From Yuukianura sp. NJ FZ-2021 (Eukaryota): a stretch of 64,000 nucleotides of DNA. Positions 13,942 to 27,200 of this stretch are shown in pieces (position 1 is the first letter of the stretch; each line of letters starts with the position of its first letter). The stretch lies in assembly GCA_046563655.1 (NCBI GenBank), contig CM102288.1:3968001-4032000 (forward strand). The letters run 5' to 3'. The notes under the pieces were generated by a model that did no database searches, had not been told where the DNA came from, and saw only the letters and a program-made list of their open reading frames with translations. The position numbers were made by a program, and so were the translations under genes.

Positions 13942-16027
13942 TCAAAACGGCCTAATTTCGATTCAGGTTCCTAACGATTTTTGGCAAAATTCAAAAATCG
14001 ATTCTTCCTTCTCGGTTCTTCTGGAGCTGAAAAACCAAAAAAGAAAGAAATGGTTACAACCGCATGGTGTTTGGCATTTTCTAAAAAAAATCACTTTTAG
14101 TTTAAAATTTTGAAAAGGCTGCACAAATGACCGGTGGCGGAAGTGGATTGGTGGATTGTGTTCTGGTAAACCCCAATTTTCTGTAAATAGAACTCTTTTA
14201 AACAGGTTTATTTTGGTGGAAAACCACCGAAAAATATAAATAATTTTTTTCAAAATTTCCTAAGAAAAACTAAATTTGAAAATTAAGCTTTTTGGGTAGT
14301 CAGTCACAGGCTAAAGTCAAAAGTAGACCTTTGACCTCAACCTGAAATGACCAGCTAAACAAAAGACCAATTTTCAAAAAGTTCAAAATTTGATCTTTTT
14401 GCACAAATTTTCGTAGTTTAAGCTGCGTATGTACGCACCCAACTAAACTGAACTTTTGAAATGGTGGTGCTCTAGTTTAAAATTAGCCGGGTTATTAAAA
14501 TTCTATTTCTGCCATCCATTGTTGCTTTTCAATAATGAAACGTGGCACTACCTTCAAAATTCTCAAAATCTAACGTCAAAAGTCCATTGTTATTCTGAGA
14601 AGTTTAAAATTTTAATTGTTCTTCAATTGCAGCGTTAATTGAAGTACAAATTGTTCCACCATAAGGTCAATAAATTGACTTCAATTGGTCCAATTCAACT
14701 GAAAGTTTACAAATTTTGTAACAGAAATGCACAAATTTTGAAAAACACAAAACGAAGCCAACCGCAAAACTTCGAAGGACAACTAACCTAACACAACTTA
14801 ACCCAATTTAAAGCCAAACTCACAAAAAATTGGAGCATTTAAAAACCAAAATTTGAAAACTTGCGATTTGAAAAGTTCTACTGTTCAAAATTGCTTACCA
14901 ATTCCAGTTTCAAAGTTGACGTTGTTCCGAAGTGGGAGTTGACCTTGGCATGATGCTTTTCTTTATCCACATTTCTAACACATTAGCACTTTTTAACGTG
15001 ACCTTTGACCCTGCTGAGTACACTATGTCCAGTATGTCCAGTCGTTGTTAGACTCTTCGCTGGAACCGCGTTTCAATCATCTCTCTTCAAGGTCTGGAGA
15101 GTGTCTGACAGCAGTCGTCTCTCCGCACTCTTTGCTTTATAAAAACCGAAAACCCCGAAATTCGGAGTTTTCTCTCCGACTCGGCAACAGCGTCGAACTG
15201 CTGCTGGAGAAAAGGTGAGCTTACACTTTCTCCTGGTCCAATTTACTCTTGGATTAGGCCGTAGAGTGCTCCAGTATATGTGAAGAACGAGGCTCACAGG
15301 GGCTGGAAATCGCTGAAAAGGAGCTGGAACTTTCCTAGAAATTTCCTAGACTCTGAGGAGTCCGTTGTCATGGTCACCATCTAATGAACACTCTTGTATT
15401 TTTCATCTTCTCAGGTTCCAGGTCAACTGTTTCTTGAATCCAGACTCAAGCAGCAGTTCAATTATCAACCACATCAGTGAACTGCCTCCACAAATGAGCC
15501 AAAACGACGAAAAATTATTGAGAAAAACGAAAATTATTGCCAAAAACAAAAACAAAATGACACTCTCATGAACTTACACAAATGGTGACTGGTGACCTCG
15601 ACGTGACCTCTGAACCTCTTCCTAGTTGCTGCAATTAAAAAGAAAAGAGATCAGACTAGGTCCATACTTTCACTATTTTTTTTCCAACAACAGAAATTAC
15701 GAAAATACGGGGGAAATAATTATTTTGCACAATTTCTTTTGTCTTTTGCACAATTTTGTCATAAAAAGTAAAAAGGAAGAAAGAAAATTTTCGAAAAATT
15801 TGACCAAAAAAGAGTTTTTTTTATGGGATCAGAAAAATTGTGCGTCCAATTTGAAATTTTCAAAAAAAAATGGTTTTTGGATCATTTTGCGTTGATAGTG
15901 TGAGAATGAGTTTGAAATGGGTTGAGACAACAAGTCAAAAAAAATTTCATTGGAACTGGGAAGATTCGTGTTCAAAAGTCTGTTGTCACAAATTTTGAGA
16001 GAAAACGAATGTTGATTGTTCAATCGC

Positions 16028-16137
16028 GGACTTACATCTTCTAATTAGTATTATGACATGATTGGCTACTGCAGTCACGGACTTACATCTTAGCATTAGT
16101 ATATGAAATGGTTTATGCAGTTGGGGACTTACATCTT
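16028..16137. repeat. Degenerate ~48 bp tandem repeat with exact core GGACTTACATCTT x3
   Basis: Cores at 16028-16040, 16079-16091 and 16125-16137. The second and third are preceded by TGCAGT. Confidence 0.75.
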
Positions 16138-18055
16138 TTCATTATAATAAAAGTTCATGCGTATTAGGGAAAAAAACGGAAAAAACTTAAATTAATAAAA
16201 GTCACCTTCAAACTTTTTTGTGATTGATCGACCACTTACTCTAAAATTGGTCCGTGTCCGAACGAATTCTACTAATTTTGTGGGCTAAACTTTTAAGCAG
16301 TAACTTTTTTTTCTACTTTTAGTTAGAATTGCGTTACATTTCGTTGTACCTAAGTCACTCATCACACCGTTAATTTTGATCCCGTGTTTATCAAAACACA
16401 AAACCACGAAAGAGTCTGTCATTGATTTGGCATTGTGCTTTTTCAGTTTTTTAGAGGCCGCACTGCACGTGCGACCTTCGACTTTTTACTACATATCACA
16501 GTTCCAGGCCCCTCTTCTAAAAATAACTACGTTTCGTTTTCAAAAACTTTTGTTTTTCCAAAAACTTACAAAACGCCCTACTGCTATGTATTTTGCCATT
16601 TCATAACTTTTGAAACTCAAGAACTCACTACTGAAATAGAAATTAATAAAAAATTTATGAAAGTGTAAGTCGCTTTTCTCAAAATAAAAACCCAGTTTCG
16701 AAATAACATCTAAAGATAGAAATGTTATGAAAATGACATTTTCCAAATGCCAACCTGGAGATCACCTTCCATGTTTTGATTGAACGTTCTCCCCAATTAA
16801 TCGTAAGCAGATTTTTATTTTTACCGCTCCCACTGGGAAGTGATTGCCCAACCAAACTACATTTCCAAAATCACATGATAAAAAAGCTCATGTTTCAAAT
16901 ACGCAATAAAAGTAAGAAAAAGGCAAAAAAAAAATTAGCAAAAAGAAAGCCGAAACGATTCGTCCAAAATAATTGGCAAAGGACTCAGATTTCCCAGCAC
17001 AAAATCAATTAAGTTGCGCAACTACCGGCAATAAGTCCGCAATTTTGGCCAATACTTCCAGAAAACAAATTCATAACCTAACAAACCCAACTAAAGTATC
17101 AAATCAATCCAATTCCCAAAAATAAGCAAAGTATTCTCAGAAAATTGGCTAAAAATCAAATTCTTAAAAGCTCCCTTATAAGAAAAGTTCCTTTGAAATT
17201 TAATTTTAAGATCGCATTAATTTTAAAAATCTGCTCAAAGTTCCATTATTTCGATTTTTTTTTGTTTTGTTATTCTTGTCTCGTTATTTTTTAAAAAGCT
17301 GCTCTACTTTCCCCGGAGTACTTTTGATGAAAAATGAAGTGAAAGCACAACAAAAAGAGAAAGTAGGCCACTCCAACCTTTCTCATTTGGAATCAATCTC
17401 AGCAGCCCATGGCGGGAAAATGAAAAAAAGACAGAATAATTTGATTTAAAAATTCTCGGAAACTGCGTCCCTCTTCCCAAAATAGAACTTAGAGATGGCT
17501 GGTTTCTCTGGAGATGTGATTTTGATGGAGAAAGGAGCTCGACATACTTTCCCGGGAGAAAGCCACAAATAGAACTTCCGCCAATTTTACATTTCAAATC
17601 ACGGCGCGTGTTACGAAAAATTTTTTTTATCAAATTTGTTTACAAACTCAACCCACTCGGGGGTAAAAAAGCTAAACAGGAAAAGCTTATCAATTTTAGT
17701 AAAGTGGTAGTACAAAATATCCGCTTCTGATAAAAATTCTTAGAATTATTGTCAACAATCAAACGTAGACGTTGTTACTAGATTTGAGTTGAGATATTTG
17801 TAAACCGATTTTTGTGAATTCTCATAATTCGGATGTATCCACTTCCTGTTTTGTATTTAGCGGGACTTCCTTAATCCATCCTCAATTTGTACAAAAATCG
17901 TTAAAAAAAAGTATGAAAAGAGTGCGAAGTTTGAAGTGAAGCAACAGGAAAGTCAGAGAGAGTTCCATCTAATCAGAAATCAGAACAGTGGAGTGACCGA
18001 TTTTAAGCAAAAGTTTTAAATTTTTTGAAAAACGAACGTACCTGATGCACTGTTG

Positions 18056-19426
18056 TTATCCTTTGACTGACGATGAGTTTAAGACATTTGGAGTCGGAGA
18101 TGTCATGAGGTCCAGTTTTCCTTTATCCAATTCTTTAAAGTTGGTGTTGAGGCGTTTTTGAAATATGTAGTTGGATAAGACGGAAAGTGACTCTGAAATT
18201 CACAAAAAGGCACAGATTAGTTTCAGAAAATTGTAAAAATGTAAGGAAAAGTTGCAAAGAATTTCATTTTCATGAAATCCATACCTTTATCATGGACGTC
18301 TCCCTTGAGAACTATATCAGCGATGTCTTTTGTCTAAAAACGAAATGGAATCAACTTTGGTTAAAACTTTTTGGAACTTTTCAATTTTTAAATGTTCAAG
18401 TTGTAAATGATTACGGGAAGGCAGAATTGAATGCTAGCAGGTTCAACAGTGTTGGCCCATTGCTTCAAAATGTGATCCACAGTCCTACCCCTCTCAGCTT
18501 GATCACGAATTACTAAAAAATCAGAACAAATTGTTACTCAACTGTACAAAAAGTTTGGTTAGATCCGCGAAACTTAAAGTCAATTGTACTAAAACTACAG
18601 TGATCTCTGTCACTTACTTCTACGGGTGAGACAACTATCCAAATCCATGTCAACGTAGATCTTCAAATCGTACAAGTTGCGGAGAGATTGGAAGTGAAGA
18701 GCCAGTGTTCCTTCTAGAATGATAAAGTCAAATGGCGGAGAGTAGTGTACAGTTCCCTGGACACTTCGGTCACAAGTGGAGTAATCGTAACCACTAATCT
18801 TCACTGTCTCCTTCCCTCCAATCAGCCGTTGTAGAGTGTCTTCCATCAACAGTTCGTCAAGGGAATCTGAACATAAACCAAAAAGTTCCGTCATTTTACA
18901 CATCGGACTCCAACAATCAATGGTCAAAACGTTTTCTGAAGAAATCGGAAGCATTGCTTATCTTACCAGGATGATCGAAGTTGATTTTTCCATCTACATG
19001 TAACTTGAATTCGTCAGGAGTAAGGGGTCGGTAGAAGACGTCCAATGACGTTCGCACAACGTTCAAAGTCTTCCCTTGGGATTCCTTAAATCGTTTCTCC
19101 AGATTCGATTGGATAACACTAGTCAGAATTGTCTGAAAACACAAGAACAGATGATCAGAAACTACTTATTAGCGCGGAAAGTTAGTAGATTTACGGGCAT
19201 AAATCCCTTAGCAAATGTAACTAATCTTAACCTTTCCACTTCCACTTGGACCTCCAACTCCAATAACAAATGGCCTTGGCCTTCTCCCTACAATGGATGC
19301 ATCCGCAGTTGACAAGGACCTTCCAAAATCAAACCCTACATTTCTTGACACTGGAACCGGTACCGGTGACTTGGCGGCCATCCTTGTCCAGGCACACTTT
19401 GTTGCCAGTAACAGAGTAGCCCTCAT
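18056..19426 (-). CDS. UCK: Uridine-cytidine kinase family protein (~297 aa, 6 exons)
   Basis: Exons 19426-19232, 19132-18967, 18866-18618, 18512-18415, 18333-18285, 18192-18056 (894 nt). Motifs: PFVIGVGGPSGSGKT (Walker A), SLDVFY, NFDHPDSLD, IILEG, DLKIYVD, RRIIRDQAERGR, FCLPTKDIAD. Confidence 0.9.
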
Positions 19427-22400
19427 GCTACTTCTTCCCACCTCGGATCTTAGTAACGTACAAAAGCAAACGTGTTAATTAACTTAATCGATTAACTAAG
19501 AATTGAAAACTTACTTACAAAACAAAGTGAATGGAAGCTTAAGCTTGTACTAACATGAAAAAAAATGTAAACAAACATTCACATGATCACATGTCATACC
19601 TGAAAATTTGAATTCCGGTTTCCCGCACTTTTCTCAACGCAAAGTAAAGTTGCAAAACTTTTTAAACATTTTCAAATCATTAGCAAACAATGTACATCTT
19701 GCATCTGCTACTTTTTAAAATTCGGGTTTTTACATCTTCCATCTTCTAAAAAACGAGAATAATAATTTTTAGAGTGTAATTAATCACAAGAAACTGCCAC
19801 TTGTTGGCCGGCAGCAGACAGAAGCACAAAACAAAGAACAAAGAAATAATTACTACCTTCGCTCTCGCTTTTTTAAATGTTCTGCCATTTGGCTGCTGCT
19901 GTTTTGTTCTGAATAAGTTTTAAGTCCCTTAAGTCCCCTCCACAACTTCTGTTGCACCAGAAATTATCCAGGCACGTTCTTTTTCTGTTTTCTTGTGCTT
20001 AGCAGATGTCTCGCTCATGGGATCATGAACCCCTTAAGTGTCCCTATCTTAAGCACTTCGGATCTTAAGATGGAGTCGCGTGCCTTTGTTACTCTGAATT
20101 GAGGAGGGGGCCCTTTAAATTTCATAACCTAGTGTTAAGTATCCATTTTCTGGAGGATGTTTTGAATTTACCACTCTCTTTCTTGTGGCCCATGAATTAC
20201 GGTTCACCGATTCCCGGGAATTTAGTGGTGGCAGCTGATACAGGACCGGAAGAAGAGCGGCACGGGCCAAGTAATCTTCCCCTCTTAACAATTTCCATTG
20301 TTAAAGATTCAAAAAGTTCATTTTCACCTGGCTCCAGAACAAACCACTGTCGATACACTCGAAGGACCAAGGAAATTCATCTGCCAAGGTCCATTTCCTT
20401 GACATCAGAATGGACGTCACGACCAATTCTTAATTTAAATGGCACTGGAACAACTTGACACAACAATGAACATTCTTTTATCAAACATTTCACATTTTCA
20501 AACACTCCGCCAACATTCTTTTCCAAAAAGAAACAAAGAAACGCTTGCTTTTCAATTTTGCAATTCCGAAATGCTGGACGTAATTCATGCATGGGTTCAA
20601 ATAATAATTTTCAAAATATGCTTGCTAATTTTATTTAAAATTCTTTGTTTTTTGGTGCAGAGAAGAATCGGCGGTTAATTGATGAGCGTCGAAGATATTT
20701 CTTAATTCATCCTGTTTTTTTTAAATTTGAATCTGTAGTTTCCATCATCTCGATTCAAGTGACTTCCTGCGCCTCCAAGTACCCTTTTGTATGGGGGGTA
20801 CTTAAATTACAGCAACAACAGAAGGGAGACGACTTCAATTTCCCTTGGTTTCAATCTAAAGGCTCCCCCGTCCCTTCATTTCCAACTTCCGCTCCGAAAT
20901 TCCTCAAACAAAAAAAAACGTTTCAGGCGAAAATCGTTTCAAAATGTTTTGTTTACGTTTTTATTCGATGAGTTTGGATTTTAATTCAAACTAATTTCGC
21001 GAATTCTCTTTGAAAAAAAAGAGAAAACTTTGAATTTGGGAATTTTTTCGGCTCGGTACAATAGCTAAAAAAAACCTCTTCACAAGATTATTTGAGAGGA
21101 AAGAATTTCAGAAATTAAACGAATTTGAAATTTAACACAGCAAAGTTTATGTCACAGTGTGGTTTTAGAGTTGAATCCACTGCATATGCTTTGACTTTCT
21201 TTTTCACAAACTGTAGTTTGTTATTCTTTCAAATTGCTAAACACTTTCAGTTGAAAAGTTTGAGATTGAGAAATTGCGTGTTTTGGAATTGTTTTCTCCA
21301 CCTGCAAAATTCGTCCTGATTTGGAGTAATTTACATTGTTGTTCCTTGCCACTTGCCCATTTTGAGACCAAGGACTTCAGCAATACTCCAAGTGACCTCC
21401 ACTTTTCAACTTACTACGCATGCTCCACTGCAACCTCCAAGCATCTCGGGTGGAGGTCACTGGATCTGCGCATGCGGCACTCAGAGTTCCAAACAAAAGA
21501 AAGAGTACAAGTTGATTGAGTGTAGAATTTAATTAAACTGGGCATAAACTACCATAAACTCCAAATAAGTCTCAACAACAAAAGATGAGAAATTTGAAGT
21601 TTCTCAACTTTTCGAAATTCCGAATTTCCAGTTTCCTCCTACGCTCAATTTTAAAATTCTGGAATGTGGCTTCCTAAACAGTCCATTTTGAGCAGAAAAA
21701 AGATTGTCGGAACAAAACATGCTGGAAATTAGCTTAGAATTTTGCCAAAAGGGATGTTTTTGTGCTAACCACTACTTAAGGTCATATGACTTTGCGTATC
21801 AAATGTAACAAAGCTGCTGAATTATAAGTTTTTGAAACTTTTTTTTTGAAATTCCTTCGTGTTTTGGACTAATTGAGGAAATCCACCCTCTGCATGTACT
21901 GTACGTGGACATGAAAACAAAACGTGTAAAATCAACCTAATCACCTTCATTCACACTTCACTTTGTATTTTCAAAAAAAAAGTACAATGGAATCCCATGA
22001 GAACTTCTGAAAATCATTTCGGATTTCTGAAATTATGAAATTAAACAATTTTTTCAAAAATTCGAATTCAAAAAATAAAAGAAAACTGTTTTTTGCTTTT
22101 TCGAAAAACTACCAAACAACTGAAGCGTACCTGTCGCTTTTCTAAGTTCAATTCAAATCAATTGCGAGAAATTTAATACGATGTTGAAGTGATTAGATTT
22201 TTGAAAAAGTTTCATTCTCGTTTTAGAAGTCGAAAATGTTGGTGAAAATTCTGAACATCAACATTTGCCACTTGCAAACAAAACGTTTTTCCGGAAGATT
22301 TTTGAAAAACGTTGCAAGTGGAAGGTTTTGTTTTTGTTAAATTTGGAAACACGATGAAACTTGTTCGTTTGTGTACGATTGGGAAGGGTACTTAAAGGGG

Positions 22401-23434
22401 ACCCTTAGCTTGGGTTAACTTGTAGGTGGACCCTTAAGGAAGTCGACTTGTGAACGTTCTATTTGCTCTTCCTGTATTGTTTGTAACTAGGTGTTTGGTG
22501 CGATGATAAGGGGTAGCCAGAGCCAAGGGCCCTTTGTTTACCGTAGCTCCAGAGGTCCAAGGGCCCATGAGCCCTTAGCAACACAGTGGAAACGAAAAGT
22601 AGCCCTGATCCTCCCCCTCCTTCACTTTTCCATTGTGTTCTCAACTGCATCTGCAGCAGAACTGATCATCTTCAATTCAGATTTCAAGACAGAAACACGC
22701 ATCCTCTGCTGGCTCCCGAGTTTTTAAAACAATAAAATCAGCACCAATTAAACACAAAGTGAAATTAACTTTTAAGTTAACTTAATTAAAAAAGTTAAAA
22801 ATTCAAAATTCAATTTAAAAAAAAACGAGACGAACTAAAACGCCAATCCGAAAATTTCCTGCAAAACAACACAAATTCGACTAAATGAGGTAAAAAATAA
22901 TAATTTTCTGCTGTTCAAGTTTTACTTCAATTTTTTAGTACTTTTTAGTCTAAAAATTCAAAAATTAGCACTAGTAGGTCAGAATTTTGAACTTTACATA
23001 AATTTAGATTTTTTAACGTTGAAGGGCGTTCAAAATGAGGACGCGTCCCTTAAACTTATATTGTTGTGTCAGGGATCCCTTAGAGCTCAAAATTAATAAT
23101 TCAAAATGTTCCAAAGAAAGCACACATGAAGGTGTGAGTTTACTTTTGAGATGAGCCAAGGGCCTGATAAGTCCATGAAACCAGGCATTATCCAAAAATA
23201 GGACCCCTTGAAGGGTCCTCTGGGGTCAAGGGGTCATGCCCAGCCAAAGTTAGTTTCATATCCTAAGGACACGTGTGTATCTCTTTTGAACACCATTTCA
23301 CACGTTTCCAGCCACTTTTTTGTTGTCTGGGCCCTTAAGGCTCCAAAGTGGTGGTGATTAGGACAAGTCCAGGGTTTTCCTAATGGATTAATAACAATGA
23401 AAACCTGGAAGTTAGGACAGGACCACAACAATCG

Positions 23435-23505
23435 AAAAAAAGTAAACTGCTGGAGGGGCTCGAACCCTGGATTTTGTTGGATGTTGTTGAACCACTGTCC
23501 AAGGG
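23435..23505 (-). mobile_element. Possible decayed tRNA-derived/Pol III (SINE-like) fragment
   Basis: Minus strand reads TGGACAGTGGTT (A-box-like) ... GGTTCGAGCCC (B-box) followed by a T-run. No full cloverleaf. Confidence 0.3.
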
Positions 23506-24298
23506 CTTCATGTTTCTTAAGCTGCAGAAGCTTTCACGGGACATCCAGGGTCAGGGTACACTTTTACTACAGTGCACTCCAGATCCAGCTACTTCCACGT
23601 GGTTTCATTTTTTTCCAAGTACCCCCCAGGGGGTCTCAAATTCAGCTTTTCTATTCTTAATTTATTCACCAGGGCTCACGAACAAGTGAGACTTAAGGCC
23701 TCTCTTTTCAAAAAACGAAACATCATCGGCTAACACAAAAAAAAACATAAACAAAAAGTTGTCTAGCATATCGTGTGTCAAAAATTGAACTTTGTGTTCA
23801 CTTTTTTGTGTGTTTCAGGATCCACTTATCAAGTTTACTACGATGATGCAGATGAAATTGTAATTGGTGGAAAGGTTCCAGCAGGATCCTGCAAAAACGA
23901 TTTTTTTAAAATTTGAAACATAAAAAATCTGAAGTCTCGCCCACACGCTTCTCCATCCGTATCGACGCCTAGGACTGACTAATCCTCAGAAGAGGCGGAT
24001 GAGTCCAAAGGGTCTCTGCATGAATAAATCGACAACAATCGAATAAAAACTGAGGTACATCCAAAGTACCTACTACGTTTTCTGGCACTTAAACTACCTT
24101 ATAACTCTCAAGTTACAAAAAAAAACATACTCAAAATTGAACACAACCAACAACTCCACATTTTGCAACAACAATTCAACCTAAAAACATCACAGTTGCA
24201 GAAATTATTCAGACGAAGAGGTACAACGACAGAAAATTTGAACTTTGACCTCTCCAAGAATACAACTTTCCAAAGTTTAGTAAAATTTTGAAACTGAA

Positions 24299-27200
24299 AT
24301 GCTCAAAAACATCAAAATGCCGCTTCCACTTACGCTCAACTACAATTTCAAACGGTAAGTGCAATTTTTTAGTTAATTAGTTAATTGACTTTAGATTTTT
24401 CTTAATTGTGGGAAAACTGAGATTTTTATGGAGTTTTATTCCTCTTTTTATAGTTTTGTTTGATGTGCTAAGTAAATTTTTTATTTGCTAGAGATTCTCT
24501 GATTTCTCTCAAATTACAACTTCAATTGTGAATTTTTAAATTTTTTTTTTGTGAATTTTGAAACTTTTTTTCAATTTTGATTTTGTTTTTGAATTTTAGT
24601 GACAGTACTGGTACGCACAGTACAGGTACGACGACTACTGGATCTGGATCGAGTGGTAGTGGACAGCAGTCGCCAGCATTTTCTCAGGTAAGTGATTTTT
24701 TGTAATCAAATTTTGAAAAAAGTGCCTCCTACTTTTCAAAATCTTAAATTCCACTTAACATTGTTGGCATTCTGAGCATGTCATAAAGTCAAGAGTGATT
24801 GTCATGTCAAATAACTCACAGATCATTGACAAATTCCAGAAGGATGAAGGATCCCTTGGAAGTTCTGGATAAGGGCCCTTCGATTTTGATTTCTCACAGA
24901 AGTTGAAGGGCCCTCCATTGTTTGATTTGAAATGTTTCATTTCCTCTGTATTGTGTTACATAAGCACAACAGTTGTGGCCAACTGGAGGTAGGCAGTTGG
25001 TTTTACACTTGGAGGGAGTAACTATGGATTAAGTAACCACTTGGTAGTAGTTGTTGCGCAACGATTCAAAAGAGTCCACCGGAAGTTCCTCATTTTTTAG
25101 TCAGTTTCCCTTCAAAACACACAACAACTTTGAAATGTTGAACTTCATTTTGAAAAAATACTTTTGTTACGTTTCATGTTATGGACTTACAAGGGCAGTC
25201 AATGAAAAAACTAAAAAATGTTCATGATTTCATCGTTTACATCATCATCTGCATTACAATTACTTCAGACTTCTTTTGTTTTTAACTTTTGCTAATTTTC
25301 AGTTTCACTTTTTCACTAAAATGCTGTAATTATAAAAATTTAGCAAATTGGAATTCATTTAAGTTTCAAGTGTGACGCTTGCTTTGAAGCTGAACTTTAC
25401 CGATTGCAATTCAAGTGAAGTCGCAATTTCCAAACAGGTTGTGGCAATCATCATCTTTTGTATCACTTTGACTTCAAGTGTGATGATGAGACAATCTTCC
25501 AATTTTTTTTATCTCGCAAATTCCTTGGCCAAACTTGATCCAAGTCGGCATTTTTGTTTTTGAAAAATTAGGAAACGACATTTTTTGAAAAGATTTGAGA
25601 TATGAAGATTAAACCAGTTTCTGCCTTGCAGCCAGGAAGTGGATAATTAACTGGTGGTTTTAGCCGCACACCTTTTAATTGCGGTTGCTGGCTCGTGGCT
25701 TCTCGGCTTCAACCTAACAAAAAAACTAACTTAATAACTTCAATTATTAATTAAAGTTAGGTTTTTAGAGTTGTTAAGGTGGTAAAATTCGAGCGGAAAT
25801 GAGGTACTAAGGTGAAACGAGAGTGACGGAATGCCAACATTTTGAAAAAAAGTTTGTGAAGCGGAATAATTTTCGGTTAGCTTCAAAATCAAGTAGCATG
25901 GAAAAACAGGAGTCGCAGGAATATAAAATTTCATGGGTCCTTATGCCCGGGAGCCCTTAAGCTTCTGCTTTTTGAAAAAAGTCGACTTCCGTAAGCCCTG
26001 TGTTAAACTTTTTGAAATTTGAGTATCACCGGATATCCTTCCGGTAAATTCCATTGACTGTTCTTAACTTTTAGAACTAGCGGAGGTACTTTGTGCAAAT
26101 TGGAATTTGCACAAACACAAAGTAAGAACATTTGCAATAATTTGCAAATAAAAATTAGCATAGTGAATGGCTTTGGCAACTCCCTTCCTGGCAGAACTTT
26201 GGAGTTCGCGGAAGGTGAAGATGAGATCATGCGTGACATTCCTTAAGTTGAAGTGACAACAATGAATGGGAAGTTTAGGCACTTCTTGACATCTTTACAA
26301 CTTCGTTTTCAATTGTTAAAAAAACAAAGTTGCAAAAAAAAAGTTTTTTTTTAATTTTGAATTTCGTTTTTTGCAGACTCCGAGTGATGAATCCGCATCT
26401 GAACAAGTCATCATGGGTTCCCTCGTGTTCTGTATTCATCACAAAGATGGCTGTGTTTGGTCAGATGAACTCAGAAAGCTAAAGGTCAGTCAAGGTCAAG
26501 GTCATTCACCCCCGGGGTAAAGTCAGTTTTTCTAAAAACTTGTTCTAAATTTGTTCTAAAAACTTTCCAGGGTCATTTGAATACTTGCCGCTACGACTCA
26601 GTTTCGTGTCCGTCAACATGCGGTGCTCTGATTCCGCGTCTCCTATTGGAAGATCATCTCAAATTTACGTGCAACCTCAGAAGAACAAGCTGCAAACACT
26701 GTTCCAAGATATTTACGGGGGAGGAGCTTGAGGTAAATTTACGATTTACGGATTTACGACTGATTCTGATTTGTAAATTTTTAAATCCTTTGACTTTGAT
26801 TTAGAACCACCATGGAAGTTGCGGGTGGGAACCGATTTTTTGTGAAAACAAGTGCGGAAACAGAGTTCAGCGAAGGAATGTCAAGCAGCATATGACCTCG
26901 GAGTGTCCAAAAAGACTCGTCAAATGTCCAAGTTGTCGCAAAGAGTTTCCGTCTGATACGTTACAGGCACATACGACGAGATGTGCGCGTGCGCCGGTCA
27001 ACTGCGACCGTTGCGGTGCATCTTCTATTCCGCGGGAAGAGATGGAAGGCCACCTCAAGGACAGATGCTTGGAAATGGTCTGTCCATGTCCATTTAAAGA
27101 CGCTGGATGCAAGTTCAGGGTAAGTTGAAAGGTCAAAGGTCAAAAAATGAAGGTCAAAGGTCAAACTTTTTTTGGTCATTGTCAGGGTCAAAAACGTTCA

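Noticed and set aside
16028..16137. CRISPR-like repeat-spacer pattern
   Set aside because: Only three 13 bp cores, spacers resemble each other, there are no cas genes, and the context is eukaryotic.
17304..17633. 109 aa minus-strand ORF downstream of UCK
   Set aside because: UCK already stops at 18056, the start is non-ATG, and there is no recognisable domain.
23819..23915. Candidate extra Traf4 exon after tttcag at 23819
   Set aside because: No convincing donor or frame continuity and no RING-like residues.
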